Source: a virus
Lineage: Duplodnaviria; Caudoviricetes
Length of the DNA: 64,000 nucleotides
Reading direction: 5' to 3' (one strand)
Virus record (IMG/VR): IMGVR_UViG_3300030100_000603
Span: 13,132-77,131 of that record
Shown here: positions 48,399 through 57,938 of the stretch, piece after piece
Layout: the number at the start of each line of letters is the position of its first letter
Numbering within the stretch: position 1 is the first letter of the stretch
Position numbers and translations under genes: made by a program
The notes under the pieces: generated by a model
Databases searched by the model: none
The model's input: only the letters and a program-made list of their open reading frames with translations
Told to the model about the DNA's origin: nothing

Positions 48399-48923
48399 GT
48401 GATGAGCGTCTACGTAATCAGTGATACACACTTTGGTCATGAAAATATGCTGAAGTACAGACCTCAATTTGAGTCAATGGAAGAACACGATTGGGTTATT
48501 GCTCACAATATCATGCATGTTTGTGGAAAGAAGGACACATTGTATATTCTGGGTGATGTTGTTCTTTCATCAGCAGGAAGGCCACACCTTGAGCGTATCG
48601 CCAGTCACGTTGAATACCTTCACATTGTACTTGGTAATCACGACCAGGAACGCAAGGGTTCACCGACGCTGGCTGAGTACAACGAGGTTTGTAAGGGTGT
48701 GTACGGAATGAAGAAGTATAAAAGTGTGTGGTTTACTCATGCACCCATTCATCCGGTAGAACTTCGCGGAAAGTATAACGTACACGGTCATGTACATGAT
48801 AACAGTATTGACGACCCGCGTTATTTTAATGTAAGCTGTGAAGCAATTGGTTACAAACCGATCAATATGGTAGATGTGATTGAACAACTGAAGGAACGAA
48901 ACAATGATGAAGGCATACGTTGA
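48399..48923 (+). CDS. Calcineurin-like metallophosphoesterase
   Basis: VISDTHFGH, LYILGDV, VLGNHD, FTHAP, VHGHVH, NVSCE. Confidence 0.9.
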   Translation: MMSVYVISDTHFGHENMLKYRPQFESMEEHDWVIAHNIMHVCGKKDTLYILGDVVLSSAGRPHLERIASHVEYLHIVLGNHDQERKGSPTLAEYNEVCKGVYGMKKYKSVWFTHAPIHPVELRGKYNVHGHVHDNSIDDPRYFNVSCEAIGYKPINMVDVIEQLKERNNDEGIR

Positions 48924-50927
48924 TCTTGAGGGTAAAATCCCTGCAAAACATGGTGACAGAGTAGCACTGGTCATTTTTGAGGATAGTGAATACCCGTTGA
49001 TTCAGGAAGAGGTATCTAAACGACCGATTTACCGCGATCATCCTTATCCTTGTGTTGAGTTAAACACCCCACAGGAGGGAATGGAACAATGATTAAGACA
49101 TACTACTTCCTCGATGATACATGGTCATTCAGTAATGGTTGTAGCTGTTGTGAACCACTGGAAATGCCATGTTATAATATCGACACAGATGAACACCCTG
49201 ACTTCTCATTGTGGTATGGATCAGCAGCATCATTCGAAGAGTGTTGTGAACAGGTGTTAATGCATGAGGGCATCCTGTCTGAAGATAGCACTATAGACTT
49301 TAGTAGTAAGGCACTGAAGGAACTTCTTGTGAAGAATGATCTAAGGGTGGTGATTATATGATGATGCGATATGTTGTATGGTCAGCAATCGTTGTAATCT
49401 TCTATCTGGTCTTACTTAAAATTGTTGTGGAGAACATCGGATGATATATGCAGACACAGACAGTATTGGTTACCACGAAGACGAGAATGGTATTGTAACA
49501 GTATTCATCAAAGGGTCAACAGATGATAAAGATGATCCAGAAGGGGAGATATTATTTGTTGTACATGAGTTCTGGTTGCCCGCTATCCAAGAAACAATTC
49601 AGGAGATATTGCAGTGATTAAAATTATGCTTGAAATATTATTCAGGGTGTTCTTGTTAATATCAACACCTTTTGCCTTGATGGAAATATTTGTCTATGCA
49701 GTGATTGCATTCTTCAAGGAGTTCCGGTATCGTGTAGTGATTGAATACCGATTCCTTCGGGATCATATGAAGTATGGTATTTGGGCAGATGAGAAGCTTC
49801 GGAAGAAGTACCTTGAAGAAGTCAAGAAATATGGAGGTGAAGAATGAAACTGTTTAAAGTGCTTTCAAATGATGATGCTGTACATGGGTTTCAACTGTTA
49901 CGTACAAAAAACAGGTCACTCATTGATGTATATTGGGTGAAGCTGACGTACACAGAACCGAGGTTTGGAATGACACTGAGCTTTGATGCGGATTCACCTG
50001 TATTCGTGGCCCTGACAATCTGGAAGTTCGACCTGTATATCACACTGTTTGAGAGGCAGATTGACTGATGAAATACTACAAATTTATCTATCCAGATGAG
50101 CAGGGACTACTGGTTGAAGAAGTCCTATCCGAACAGGATATCCTCGATTTCTACTGGGAATATTGGTACGAAAAGATGGTCAGGAAGGGGCTCAGAGATA
50201 AGATCAGTATTCACCATTGCATTGATGACTTTGTTGTAGTAAATTGGGCATGGGAAGTAGACGTAGATGACTACACTGATGAAAGGGAGAAGATAAAATG
50301 ATCTACTGTCCGATGTGTGATGAAGAATGTGACTATATGGATTCAGTGTACAGCATTGAAGATTACCATGACCCATACACAGGAGATACCAGATTTTATG
50401 TGGATGAAACCCCAATGTGTGAAGATTGCATGATGGATTCATATATGGGAGGATGGTCCTACGTCACCTGGGATGAAGCACAAGAGAAACTTGAGAAGAT
50501 CAGGGAGAAGATAAATGGCTTATCGTGATTATATCTGCTGTGCAGAGTGTGGTGTAAAGATTATTTATGATGGGTATAATGATTCCCGAGATGCACTTGA
50601 AGAGATATGGGGTGATCCTGATGCAGCAGATTATACAGTAGAGATGCATTGCCCAGATTGTGTGGGTAATATGAAAAGAGAGATACGAGAATATCGTTAC
50701 AGGCTGGAAAAATTAGAATGTTAACAGGAGGGGTTTGAATGATTATTGAGATTGCACTAGTCGTATCAACACTGACAAACATTGCATTGGGGTATACACT
50801 TTGGAAGGTAGAGAAGAACAACAATAAATTGATTATGGAGAACTTACGACTGATCGGTGAGAGGAATGAGTTGAAGTATGACAAACCCAATACACATCGA
50901 ACTATACAAGATAAAGAAAAACCTTGA
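48904..50927 (+). CDS. Run of small hypothetical genes (48904-49092, 49089-49361, 49441-49617, 49614-49847, 49844-50068, 50068-50301, 50298-50528, 50515-50724, 50739-50927)
   Basis: Tight translational coupling; several CxxC Zn-ribbon proteins. Confidence 0.6.
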
Positions 50928-51063
50928 GAAACAAGTCAATTGCCGAGAACGATACAGGAGAGCAACACATGAACGAGGAAGAAAGGATTCAGGAAGCAAA
51001 CAGTAACTTCTTCAAGTGGTGTACCTGTTATTAGGTGTGTTATAGAAGGTAATGTAGGGAGCA

Positions 51064-51092
51064 TTGACAGGGTTGTTGTGGAGTGGTATAGT
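51064..51092 (+). promoter_or_regulatory. sigma70 promoter for the methyltransferase
   Basis: TTGACA-N17-TATAGT, then GAGGAGG RBS. Confidence 0.75.
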
Positions 51093-51124
51093 TAAGGGAC
51101 ACTGAATAGAGGAGGAAATGGTCA

Positions 51125-51985
51125 ATGAATGTATTAAGTCTTTTTGATGGTATGTCTTGTGGACGTATTGCCCTGGAACGTGCTGGTATTGAAGTAGAGA
51201 ACTACTATTCAAGTGAAATTGATAAATGGGCAATCAAAGTAGCCGACAAGAATTACCCACAAGACGCCAAGAATCGTCTGGGTAGTATTGTCGATTGGGA
51301 TAAATGGGATATTGACTGGGAAACTATTGACCTAGTAATTGGTGGAAGCCCTTGTCAGGGATTTTCAAATGCTGGGAAGAAAAAGGGATTTGATGACCCG
51401 AGAAGTAAACTTTTTTACGATTACGTTGATATCCTTAACCATATCAAAAGTGTTAATCCAAATATTAAATTTCTTTTAGAAAATATCCGAATGAAACAGA
51501 TGGATATTGACACAATCTCTAGGGAACTAAATGTTCAACCTGAGAAAATCAATTCAAAATTCTTTTCTGCTCAAAACCGAGTAAGGTTATACTGGTTTAA
51601 CTGGGAAATGGTCGATTACACAGATAAAGGGGTTGTGTTGAAAGATATCTTACCAGAAGGGTTCGAGATTTATCAAAGAAGAAATGCCGAAAAACCAAAG
51701 AAAAATCAGTTGAAATCACAATGCCTGGCTTCTGGTCAAGGTGGCGATACATCAGATGCAGATGTAGTCGTGTTCAATAGTAATAGTATTGTAAAAACTC
51801 CGTATGGGAGAATTTCCGTTAAAGATAATCCAAATGTTCGATTGTACACAGCAGAAGAATGTGAGAAACTACAAACTATACCAATTGGTTATACAGATAA
51901 TGTAAGTAATCTTCAAAGAAAGAAGATGCTGGGCAATGGATGGACTGTAGATGTGATTGCACATATTTTTGGGGGGTTGAAGTAA
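51125..51985 (+). CDS. C5-cytosine DNA methyltransferase
   Basis: VLSLFDGM (motif I), GGSPCQGFS (IV), LLENI (VI), QNRVRLYW (VIII), LGNGWTVDVIAHI (X). Confidence 0.92.
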   Translation: MNVLSLFDGMSCGRIALERAGIEVENYYSSEIDKWAIKVADKNYPQDAKNRLGSIVDWDKWDIDWETIDLVIGGSPCQGFSNAGKKKGFDDPRSKLFYDYVDILNHIKSVNPNIKFLLENIRMKQMDIDTISRELNVQPEKINSKFFSAQNRVRLYWFNWEMVDYTDKGVVLKDILPEGFEIYQRRNAEKPKKNQLKSQCLASGQGGDTSDADVVVFNSNSIVKTPYGRISVKDNPNVRLYTAEECEKLQTIPIGYTDNVSNLQRKKMLGNGWTVDVIAHIFGGLK

Positions 51986-52173
51986 TGACCTGTGAAACAC
52001 AACGTATCATCGAAGCACAAGATAACTTCTTCAAGTGGTGCATGCAGAATCTACCAGTAGGAAGAGCAGTATCAAGGAAGGACATCGAATCAATCAACAG
52101 GGTAACACATTACAACCTTTTAGACAGAGAAAGACTGTTCGGAAGTAGCCAGTATAGGTGGTATCAGGTATGA
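51985..52173 (+). CDS. Small hypothetical protein
   Basis: TAATG coupling; truncated paralog at 50969-51034. Confidence 0.6.
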   Translation: MTCETQRIIEAQDNFFKWCMQNLPVGRAVSRKDIESINRVTHYNLLDRERLFGSSQYRWYQV

Positions 52174-52724
52174 TTATTGACGAAGAAACAGGGGAGATTT
52201 ATGATTATGAAGTAGTCAAGTATGAACACGCAGAAGAAGCCCAACCACTACTGTTCCTTTGTGATGTGAAATCAATGGATGATATGGATGACTTCATGAA
52301 GGTAATGGTAGACAGAAGGAAGATCAGAGGAAGTAACACTGATGACCTGTTGAGATTCTTTGAGGGATGCTTGAGTAATGAGATACTGGACAAGGAATTC
52401 TTCCATGCAGAGGAAACAATGACAACAACACAGTATCGCATCCTTAGAACCCTCTGTGACATGGTACAGTACAGGAATGTATTCATAACCACACAGGAAG
52501 AACTCTGTAGAAGATTGGGTTGTGTTCAGAATAACCTGAAGAGAAAGTTACGGCAGGTAGAACCATACATCAACACCTACACCAGCAGAGATGGCATAAG
52601 AAGGGGTGAAATCAAAGTAGAAGTCAATCCCAAGTTTGTCTACATCTGTGAGATGGGTTATTACGACATGAGTAGGAATAAGGCGATTGACGAATGGTTT
52701 TACATCAAAATCACGAAAAATTGA
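52170..52724 (+). CDS. Winged-helix protein resembling RepL-type replication proteins
   Basis: IDEETGEI N-terminus; YRNVFITTQEELCRRLG....LKRKL HTH; VNPKFVY. Confidence 0.5.
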   Translation: MIIDEETGEIYDYEVVKYEHAEEAQPLLFLCDVKSMDDMDDFMKVMVDRRKIRGSNTDDLLRFFEGCLSNEILDKEFFHAEETMTTTQYRILRTLCDMVQYRNVFITTQEELCRRLGCVQNNLKRKLRQVEPYINTYTSRDGIRRGEIKVEVNPKFVYICEMGYYDMSRNKAIDEWFYIKITKN

Positions 52725-53250
52725 TGTAAGAATCTTTCTGCAACCCGCATGAACAGGGGAAAGCTATAATTTCCTTTATGAGTAAGGAATGAGATAAGAA
52801 GGTACTCATCTGGTCGGTCTAGTATGGATCATTATGGTCTGTACTATTCCGGCCATTATTTTTGGCATAGTTTTATGGGGGTAGACTAAGGTATAACTGT
52901 TTTAGGTCGGAGTTAATGAAGACCTAACTCCAAACGATGTTATACTATGGTCTATATGATGTATTGTTAACCAATAGTCTAAAGGTTATTGTATAGTTTT
53001 AGTTAATACTATGGTATAACACTGGAAAAACCTCAAAATTTAAAATAAAAAATTTGGATTCAGGTTTTGGGGCCTTTTACAAAACCGACCCCAATGGAAA
53101 AAGGGTACGTTTTTAAAAAATGATTGTCGGTTCTTATTCTGGCCATCCATCCGCCAGCCTACCCTGCTTGAAATCTGGGCAAAAGTCCAATAAATTCTTC
53201 CTATCGCCCGATACTTAGCAGCCTAATAGTACCTGGCCGCATTATTCGAA

Positions 53251-53340
53251 GACTAATCGTTCGCAGCCTAATGTTTATCACCTTAATCATTCACTTGCTA
53301 ACAGTTAACAGTCTAACAATTATCATCCTAACGAATATAT
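53251..53340. repeat. Degenerate 15-bp tandem array, six units
   Basis: YTAAY at 53253, 53268, 53283, 53298, 53313 and 53328. Confidence 0.75.
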
Positions 53341-53826
53341 CGGCATATATGCATATGGGCATATGTTTACATACAAATATTCGCATGAATTAATTAACGT
53401 CACAATATAAGAGGTAGCTAACGCAACCAATCGGACAGTATATTCTAATACAGTAATCAACGCATAGATCATACATAGAAGACTAATGTAATATATCATG
53501 ATATATGGATATGGGTAAGTAATGTAATTGCTTACATTAGGATATTATTACGGTCTAATGTACTCGATGAGAATTTAGGTCAAGCTAATGTAATCGTAGC
53601 TTATACATTGATGAATGATACAGAAATTTATGTATTAGTAGGCGCGTATATGTCTGACAAGTAATATTGGACAATATCACCATAACCTTAATTTAGAACA
53701 TTACGATGTAATCATACACAACGGGACACAATATCAGAACATTACGATGTAATCATATAGGAATGAGATTCATTATCACCAGGGTGGATCATAGTTATGG
53801 CAAAAAGTCAAGCATTAAATACAGAC

Positions 53827-53855
53827 AAAAAAAAAGACCACCTGATAAGGTGGCC
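53827..53855 (-). terminator. Rho-independent terminator ending the early operon
   Basis: GGCCACC-ttatca-GGTGGTC followed by T9 on the minus strand. Confidence 0.85.
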
Positions 53856-53878
53856 GATTACTTATATTGTTTATACTG

Positions 53879-54253
53879 TTAAATCGTTATCCCGTATTGT
53901 TTACTAATAACTACCCTGTCAGCATCATGTACTTTTAAACTGTTATTATCAGCGTAAACAAAAGAATCAAACTTATAGGGATTATATGTCACCTTATGCT
54001 CAAGATTAAAAGTTAGTTCATTTACACTTACAATATGGCCAATGATTCCCGCATGAACATTCTTTTTTCTTTCAGCTAATACCCTTTGCCTTCCTTTCTC
54101 GTTTACCTTGAATGTACAGTCTGTTAGTACAATGTTATCAGCATGGCCGATTACTTTACCGTAATCCGGTTGTGACATTGATTTAATACTGAAAGTTTTC
54201 TTATGCAAGTTAAAGTATATGAATACCCTTTTGCCATAGTTGATAGTCTTCAT
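53879..54253 (-). CDS. Conserved phage protein (YFNLHKK family)
   Basis: RVFIYFNLHKKTFSIK...FKVNE.GRQRVL.E.KKNVHAG. Confidence 0.75.
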   Translation of the reverse strand: MKTINYGKRVFIYFNLHKKTFSIKSMSQPDYGKVIGHADNIVLTDCTFKVNEKGRQRVLAERKKNVHAGIIGHIVSVNELTFNLEHKVTYNPYKFDSFVYADNNSLKVHDADRVVISKQYGITI

Positions 54254-54532
54254 TGTTGATTACCTTTAGTGTTTTGTTGATTGCCTTCCATTGTACGCTT
54301 TAGGTATTCGATATATTCATACATGGTATTTAGTCTCCCCAATAACTGGGTGTAGTTGATACAATGCACCAATCTTGTCCAATTGCTTTTGTAGAATTGA
54401 TGCTGATTTAATGTTGTGGCGTTCTATCATGTGCAATTTATTAGTAACGGGACATTGTACAGTGAAAGTAAACATGGTCTTTTATCCTGTCTGATTTAAG
54501 TTTAGGTAGTGCCATCCGTGGCATGATTCATA

Positions 54533-55267
54533 TTATCCAGCCTTGGCGATGATATCTGCTTTCTTTTTAGCTGTACCATGCGCCCTAAAGCCAATTACAT
54601 AATCACGTTTGCTATCTGCACAAATCCCACAATTACTGCACGTTACCTTGTCGGATTTTTCAGCGGGGCAAGCGACCACCTTTACGCCTTCCACATGTTG
54701 AACGTTCGGCGCGTCAATTGGCAAAAGTGTAACAGTAGGCAATGCATACCGCTTTACAATGTCCACGGCTTCGATTGTATTGTTGGCACTTACGTTGATT
54801 GTAAATCCCCTGCTATTAGAGTTGCCAATTGCCGGAATGTTGGCGTGAGTTAATGCATGGTGCGTATAGGTAAATCCTTTTTTACCCTTGTTCGCCCTGA
54901 TAAGATTATCCAATGCCACGCTATCGAGTGTAATGTTGTCTTCCAGCGTAGGCATATCGCCCGCTTCATTATGCCGCCATAATTGACCCTTGGGGAGCGA
55001 TTTTACGTTATCGCACAATCCGGCCCAATCGGTGATATTTTTACCTGTAGCGTTTTCGTCATTCAATTTGCGCCAGTGGATGGCAGTGTTACCAAATCCG
55101 GCATAACACTTAGGCAGCTTGCCTTGTGTGGTCAAAGTTTCACCATTATCATCCTTATTCAGCGGACAAGTAATGCTGCAAGAATTGGCGCTGGTAGTGG
55201 TCACCGGAATAGGTCCGGTTTTCTTATTGGAAGACTTGCGAACAAAACGGATATTAAGAGTTTTCAT
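54533..55267 (-). CDS. Gp88-like / radical-SAM-like Cys-rich protein
   Basis: S.NKKTG, SCSITCPL...CYA, LWRHNEAGD, FTYTH, GFTINVS, C-terminal CPA......TCSNCGIC...IGF.AHG. Confidence 0.65.
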   Translation of the reverse strand: MKTLNIRFVRKSSNKKTGPIPVTTTSANSCSITCPLNKDDNGETLTTQGKLPKCYAGFGNTAIHWRKLNDENATGKNITDWAGLCDNVKSLPKGQLWRHNEAGDMPTLEDNITLDSVALDNLIRANKGKKGFTYTHHALTHANIPAIGNSNSRGFTINVSANNTIEAVDIVKRYALPTVTLLPIDAPNVQHVEGVKVVACPAEKSDKVTCSNCGICADSKRDYVIGFRAHGTAKKKADIIAKAG

Positions 55268-55323
55268 AATTAATTAACCATTAAAGATTAATGTTTTATG
55301 CCATCCTTGGCATTATATCCTAT

Positions 55324-57380
55324 TTAAAACACTTGAAACAAAACCTTTTCATTATCGTGGTATATCACCATTGTGTTATCCTGCAAATACTCAATAACTT
55401 GTTCGACCACTTCTTCATAATCAATCGGTCCATTATCCTCAATAATATCGATACCGTAATTGGCAATAATGTCGTCAATAGTATCCTCCGTAAAATCACA
55501 ACAAAGGGCGATAACGTCACACTCAATACGCTGTCCAGATGATTCTTCCATTTCTTCAAGATGTTCAAACAATGCCTTTAGACCATCGATAGAAAAGTTA
55601 TCCATACGATCCATCATGCGGAATTGTTCAATAAACATTGTTTCAGTAACGTTAATATGCATTGTATCACCTTTTGCCTTTTGCTATGTGTATGCTGCTA
55701 ATTCTAGCTGCCATCCGTGGCATTGTCCAATACTTTTTATCCGGTATACCATGCTGTAGCTTCGTGGATATCGTCAAATGCTCCACAATATAGGTCTGAT
55801 GCAATGTCGATAATAATGCTTTCTGTGAAACCTCGTTCAAGTAATGTTTCAATTTCACCTTTTGTCAATACCTTATCCCCAAGGTAATATGCAATTGACT
55901 CATGAATGCTGCTGATGTGACGTTCGGTGATTTTCATGATTCTACCCTTTCCTTTTCGTTGGTTGGTATGGGCATTTTAGCGTGATACCCAGCACGAGTC
56001 AAACTTTTATTTTTCAGCATTCATTTTTTTATAGTAGTGTTGGACGATGGATTCCAGCCAGTTAGTGGAATGTAATTCAACCCCCGTCTTTTGTTGAATG
56101 TTGAGCAAGTCGCTGGCGACCAACCAAATTTTACCAGCGCGATCATTAACCAAATCTAATTCGCTGAACATCTGGTATTGAACGGCGAGACTACGGGCGT
56201 TTGCTTTTGAAATTGCCATGATGTTTTACCTTTAGTTGCCTTGCGTTTGATTGATTACCCTATGTCTTGAATTATAGACCATATGGGCAATGCGTCAAGC
56301 GGTCGGACAATAAATTTTCATCTTTTTTTGTCAGCATTCATTAACACCAGGTAATGACAATCATTCTCATCTACCTGGCCATAACTGGTTTTTCCCATTC
56401 TGTCAAGTATTGGGCATTGCCTTGTGTCGCTTGGTAGTAAATCGCACGACATGGCGTCATGCCCTTTTGCAGTGAAAGCGTCCCTAACGATGCCGCTATA
56501 TTCGCATGCAACTAATACCCTCATGGTGGTCACCTGTTATCAATCATCAAAAGAATAACTAACCCAATGGTCAAGCTCAGTTACATGAACTTCTATATAA
56601 TCGCATGGACCATCGGTTTCATCATCAATTAACACTACATCGCCGGATTCATATAGTGTCCCTACTCGCCATATTTCACCGTTATAATATACAGTGTCGC
56701 CATAATTCAATTGATTGAAGTTAGTAATTCGTTTATGAAACATTTTAATGACCCCCATCAAGGATAATCAAAAGGATAATCGCCGCCTTTAGTGCTTCGT
56801 CTTCGTTTTCGTGCACCATGCCGCCAGCATTTTCTCCGTCGTCATAAATCCAGTATTCGCCGCAAGCTGATTTAAACACTGCACCCATATACAGTCCCCA
56901 TGCATCATAAACACATTCATCGTTAGTATTATATTCGTAAGTATGACCGTCGAATTGAATTTTCATGATTGTCACCTTTTGCCGTTTGGTTACCCTATGC
57001 CTTGAATTCTAGTGCCATCCATGGCGCTGGTCAAGGATTTATTTGCCGGAAAAGGCAGTAGTGTTTACTTCAAGGTTTTCCATGGTTTGGAAGAAAAGCA
57101 CGAGTGACCCAATAATGCCGCTTGCGATTGTTGCCGCAATTGTTCCTGATATCCATGCGAAAGTAAAGAAAATCAGAACTGTCAGGCATGCGATAAGGAA
57201 AACGCTGATAGTCATATCAAATACGAATTGCGATTTGTCAAGTTTCCACACTATGGGATCAGCTTGTGTCCGCTTTGCCAGTTTAAGGCATACTGCGAAC
57301 GTTGCGGCATAGTCGTCGCCATCTTGAATGGTCGCGCGAGTCATAGCGTGGGCTTTACGGAAGAGTTCAGAATTAGTCAT
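55324..57380 (-). CDS. Small early genes (55324-55662, 55737-55937, 56007-56219, 56540-56761, 56745-56975, 57039-57380)
   Basis: Acidic ORFs with AAAAGGT-type RBSs, several directly downstream of strong promoters. Confidence 0.65.
56271..56298 (-). promoter_or_regulatory. Strong sigma70 early promoter
   Basis: TTGACG-N16-TATAAT, AT-rich upstream tract, conserved leader TCAAGACATAGGGTAA. Confidence 0.8.
56318..56524 (-). pseudogene. Truncated DNA cytosine methyltransferase-like gene
   Basis: MRVLVACEYSGIVRDAF.AKGHDAMSCDLLP N-terminus; similarity stops there and the HPPC catalytic motif is absent. Confidence 0.7.
56350..56368. promoter_or_regulatory. Fur-box-like site (best of four)
   Basis: GGTAATGACAATCATTCTC matches GATAATGATAATCATTATC at 16/19. 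Other copies at 53759-53777, 57485-57503 and 57698-57716 match at 14/19 (the last scored on the minus strand). Confidence 0.6.
57006..57034 (-). promoter_or_regulatory. sigma70 early promoter with palindromic operator in the spacer
   Basis: TTGACC-N17-TAGAAT; the spacer contains GCGCCATGGATGGCAC. Confidence 0.75.
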
Positions 57381-57418
57381 GGTGGCGTTTCCTTGTGTTC
57401 GTTTACCCTACGCCTTGA

Positions 57419-57446
57419 ATTATAGGCCATAGGGACAAGGCGTCAA
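57419..57446 (-). promoter_or_regulatory. Strong sigma70 early promoter
   Basis: TTGACG-N16-TATAAT, upstream T-tracts, leader TCAAGGCGTAGGGTAA. Confidence 0.8.
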
Positions 57447-57783
57447 GCGATGGGCGAAAAAAATACGAAAAAATTTAGGTCCAGGTGAATGATAATTATT
57501 CGCATCGAGGTGGTGGCGACCATATATAGGATCGCGCGCGTAAATAGCAAAAGCGCCTGGTAATGTCAAGGTGAAAAATCGAGTTTTTTGTGTTGTATTT
57601 TCTGGCGTAGTCTTCTATAATCAAGATACAGGATAAGCGACTAGGTGGGTTGGATTCCCACGAGACAAACGGGGAGAGTGGGCGATTGTTAGGGGATAAG
57701 AATGATTATCATTCAATAAAAACTTCTTGCAATTCTGGGATAATGCGATATAGTGGAAAGAATGCCATAACGGATTTTGAGCA

Positions 57784-57816
57784 CTATCCACAGAGTTACT
57801 AACAGATTTATCCACA
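57784..57816 (+). promoter_or_regulatory. Two DnaA-box-like sites in a 24-bp-period direct repeat
   Basis: TTATCCACA (perfect) at 57808-57816 and CTATCCACA at 57784-57792, both continuing GAGTT. Confidence 0.6.
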
Positions 57817-57849
57817 GAGTTCGGATAACGAACAAAAGGGGGTCCATTA

Positions 57850-57938
57850 GCGTGCACTAAAGTAGTGATAAGCGTGTACTAATATAGGATATTAGGATGC
57901 ACTAAATTAGGTCACGCCATGCACTAATACAGTGAACG
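57850..57938. repeat. Iteron-like array, four units of 22-23 bp
   Basis: TGYACTAA at 57853, 57875, 57898 and 57920. Confidence 0.7.

Larger units (their letters stand above)
52725..53878. other. 1.15-kb repeat- and palindrome-rich non-coding region between convergent units
   Basis: No credible ORF; 15-bp-period array, TAATGTAAT repeats, 22-bp direct repeat, several perfect palindromes. Confidence 0.7.

Noticed and set aside
49441-49617. MIYADTDSI resembles the family B polymerase motif C
   Set aside because: 58-aa ORF with no other polymerase features; likely chance.
53271-53393. 40-aa hydrophobic ORF through the 15-bp array
   Set aside because: No RBS; the open frame follows from the 15-nt period, so a DNA-level repeat is the simpler reading.
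53696-53758. Two 22-bp repeats with a spacer as a mini CRISPR array
   Set aside because: Only two copies, a 19-nt spacer, and no cas genes.
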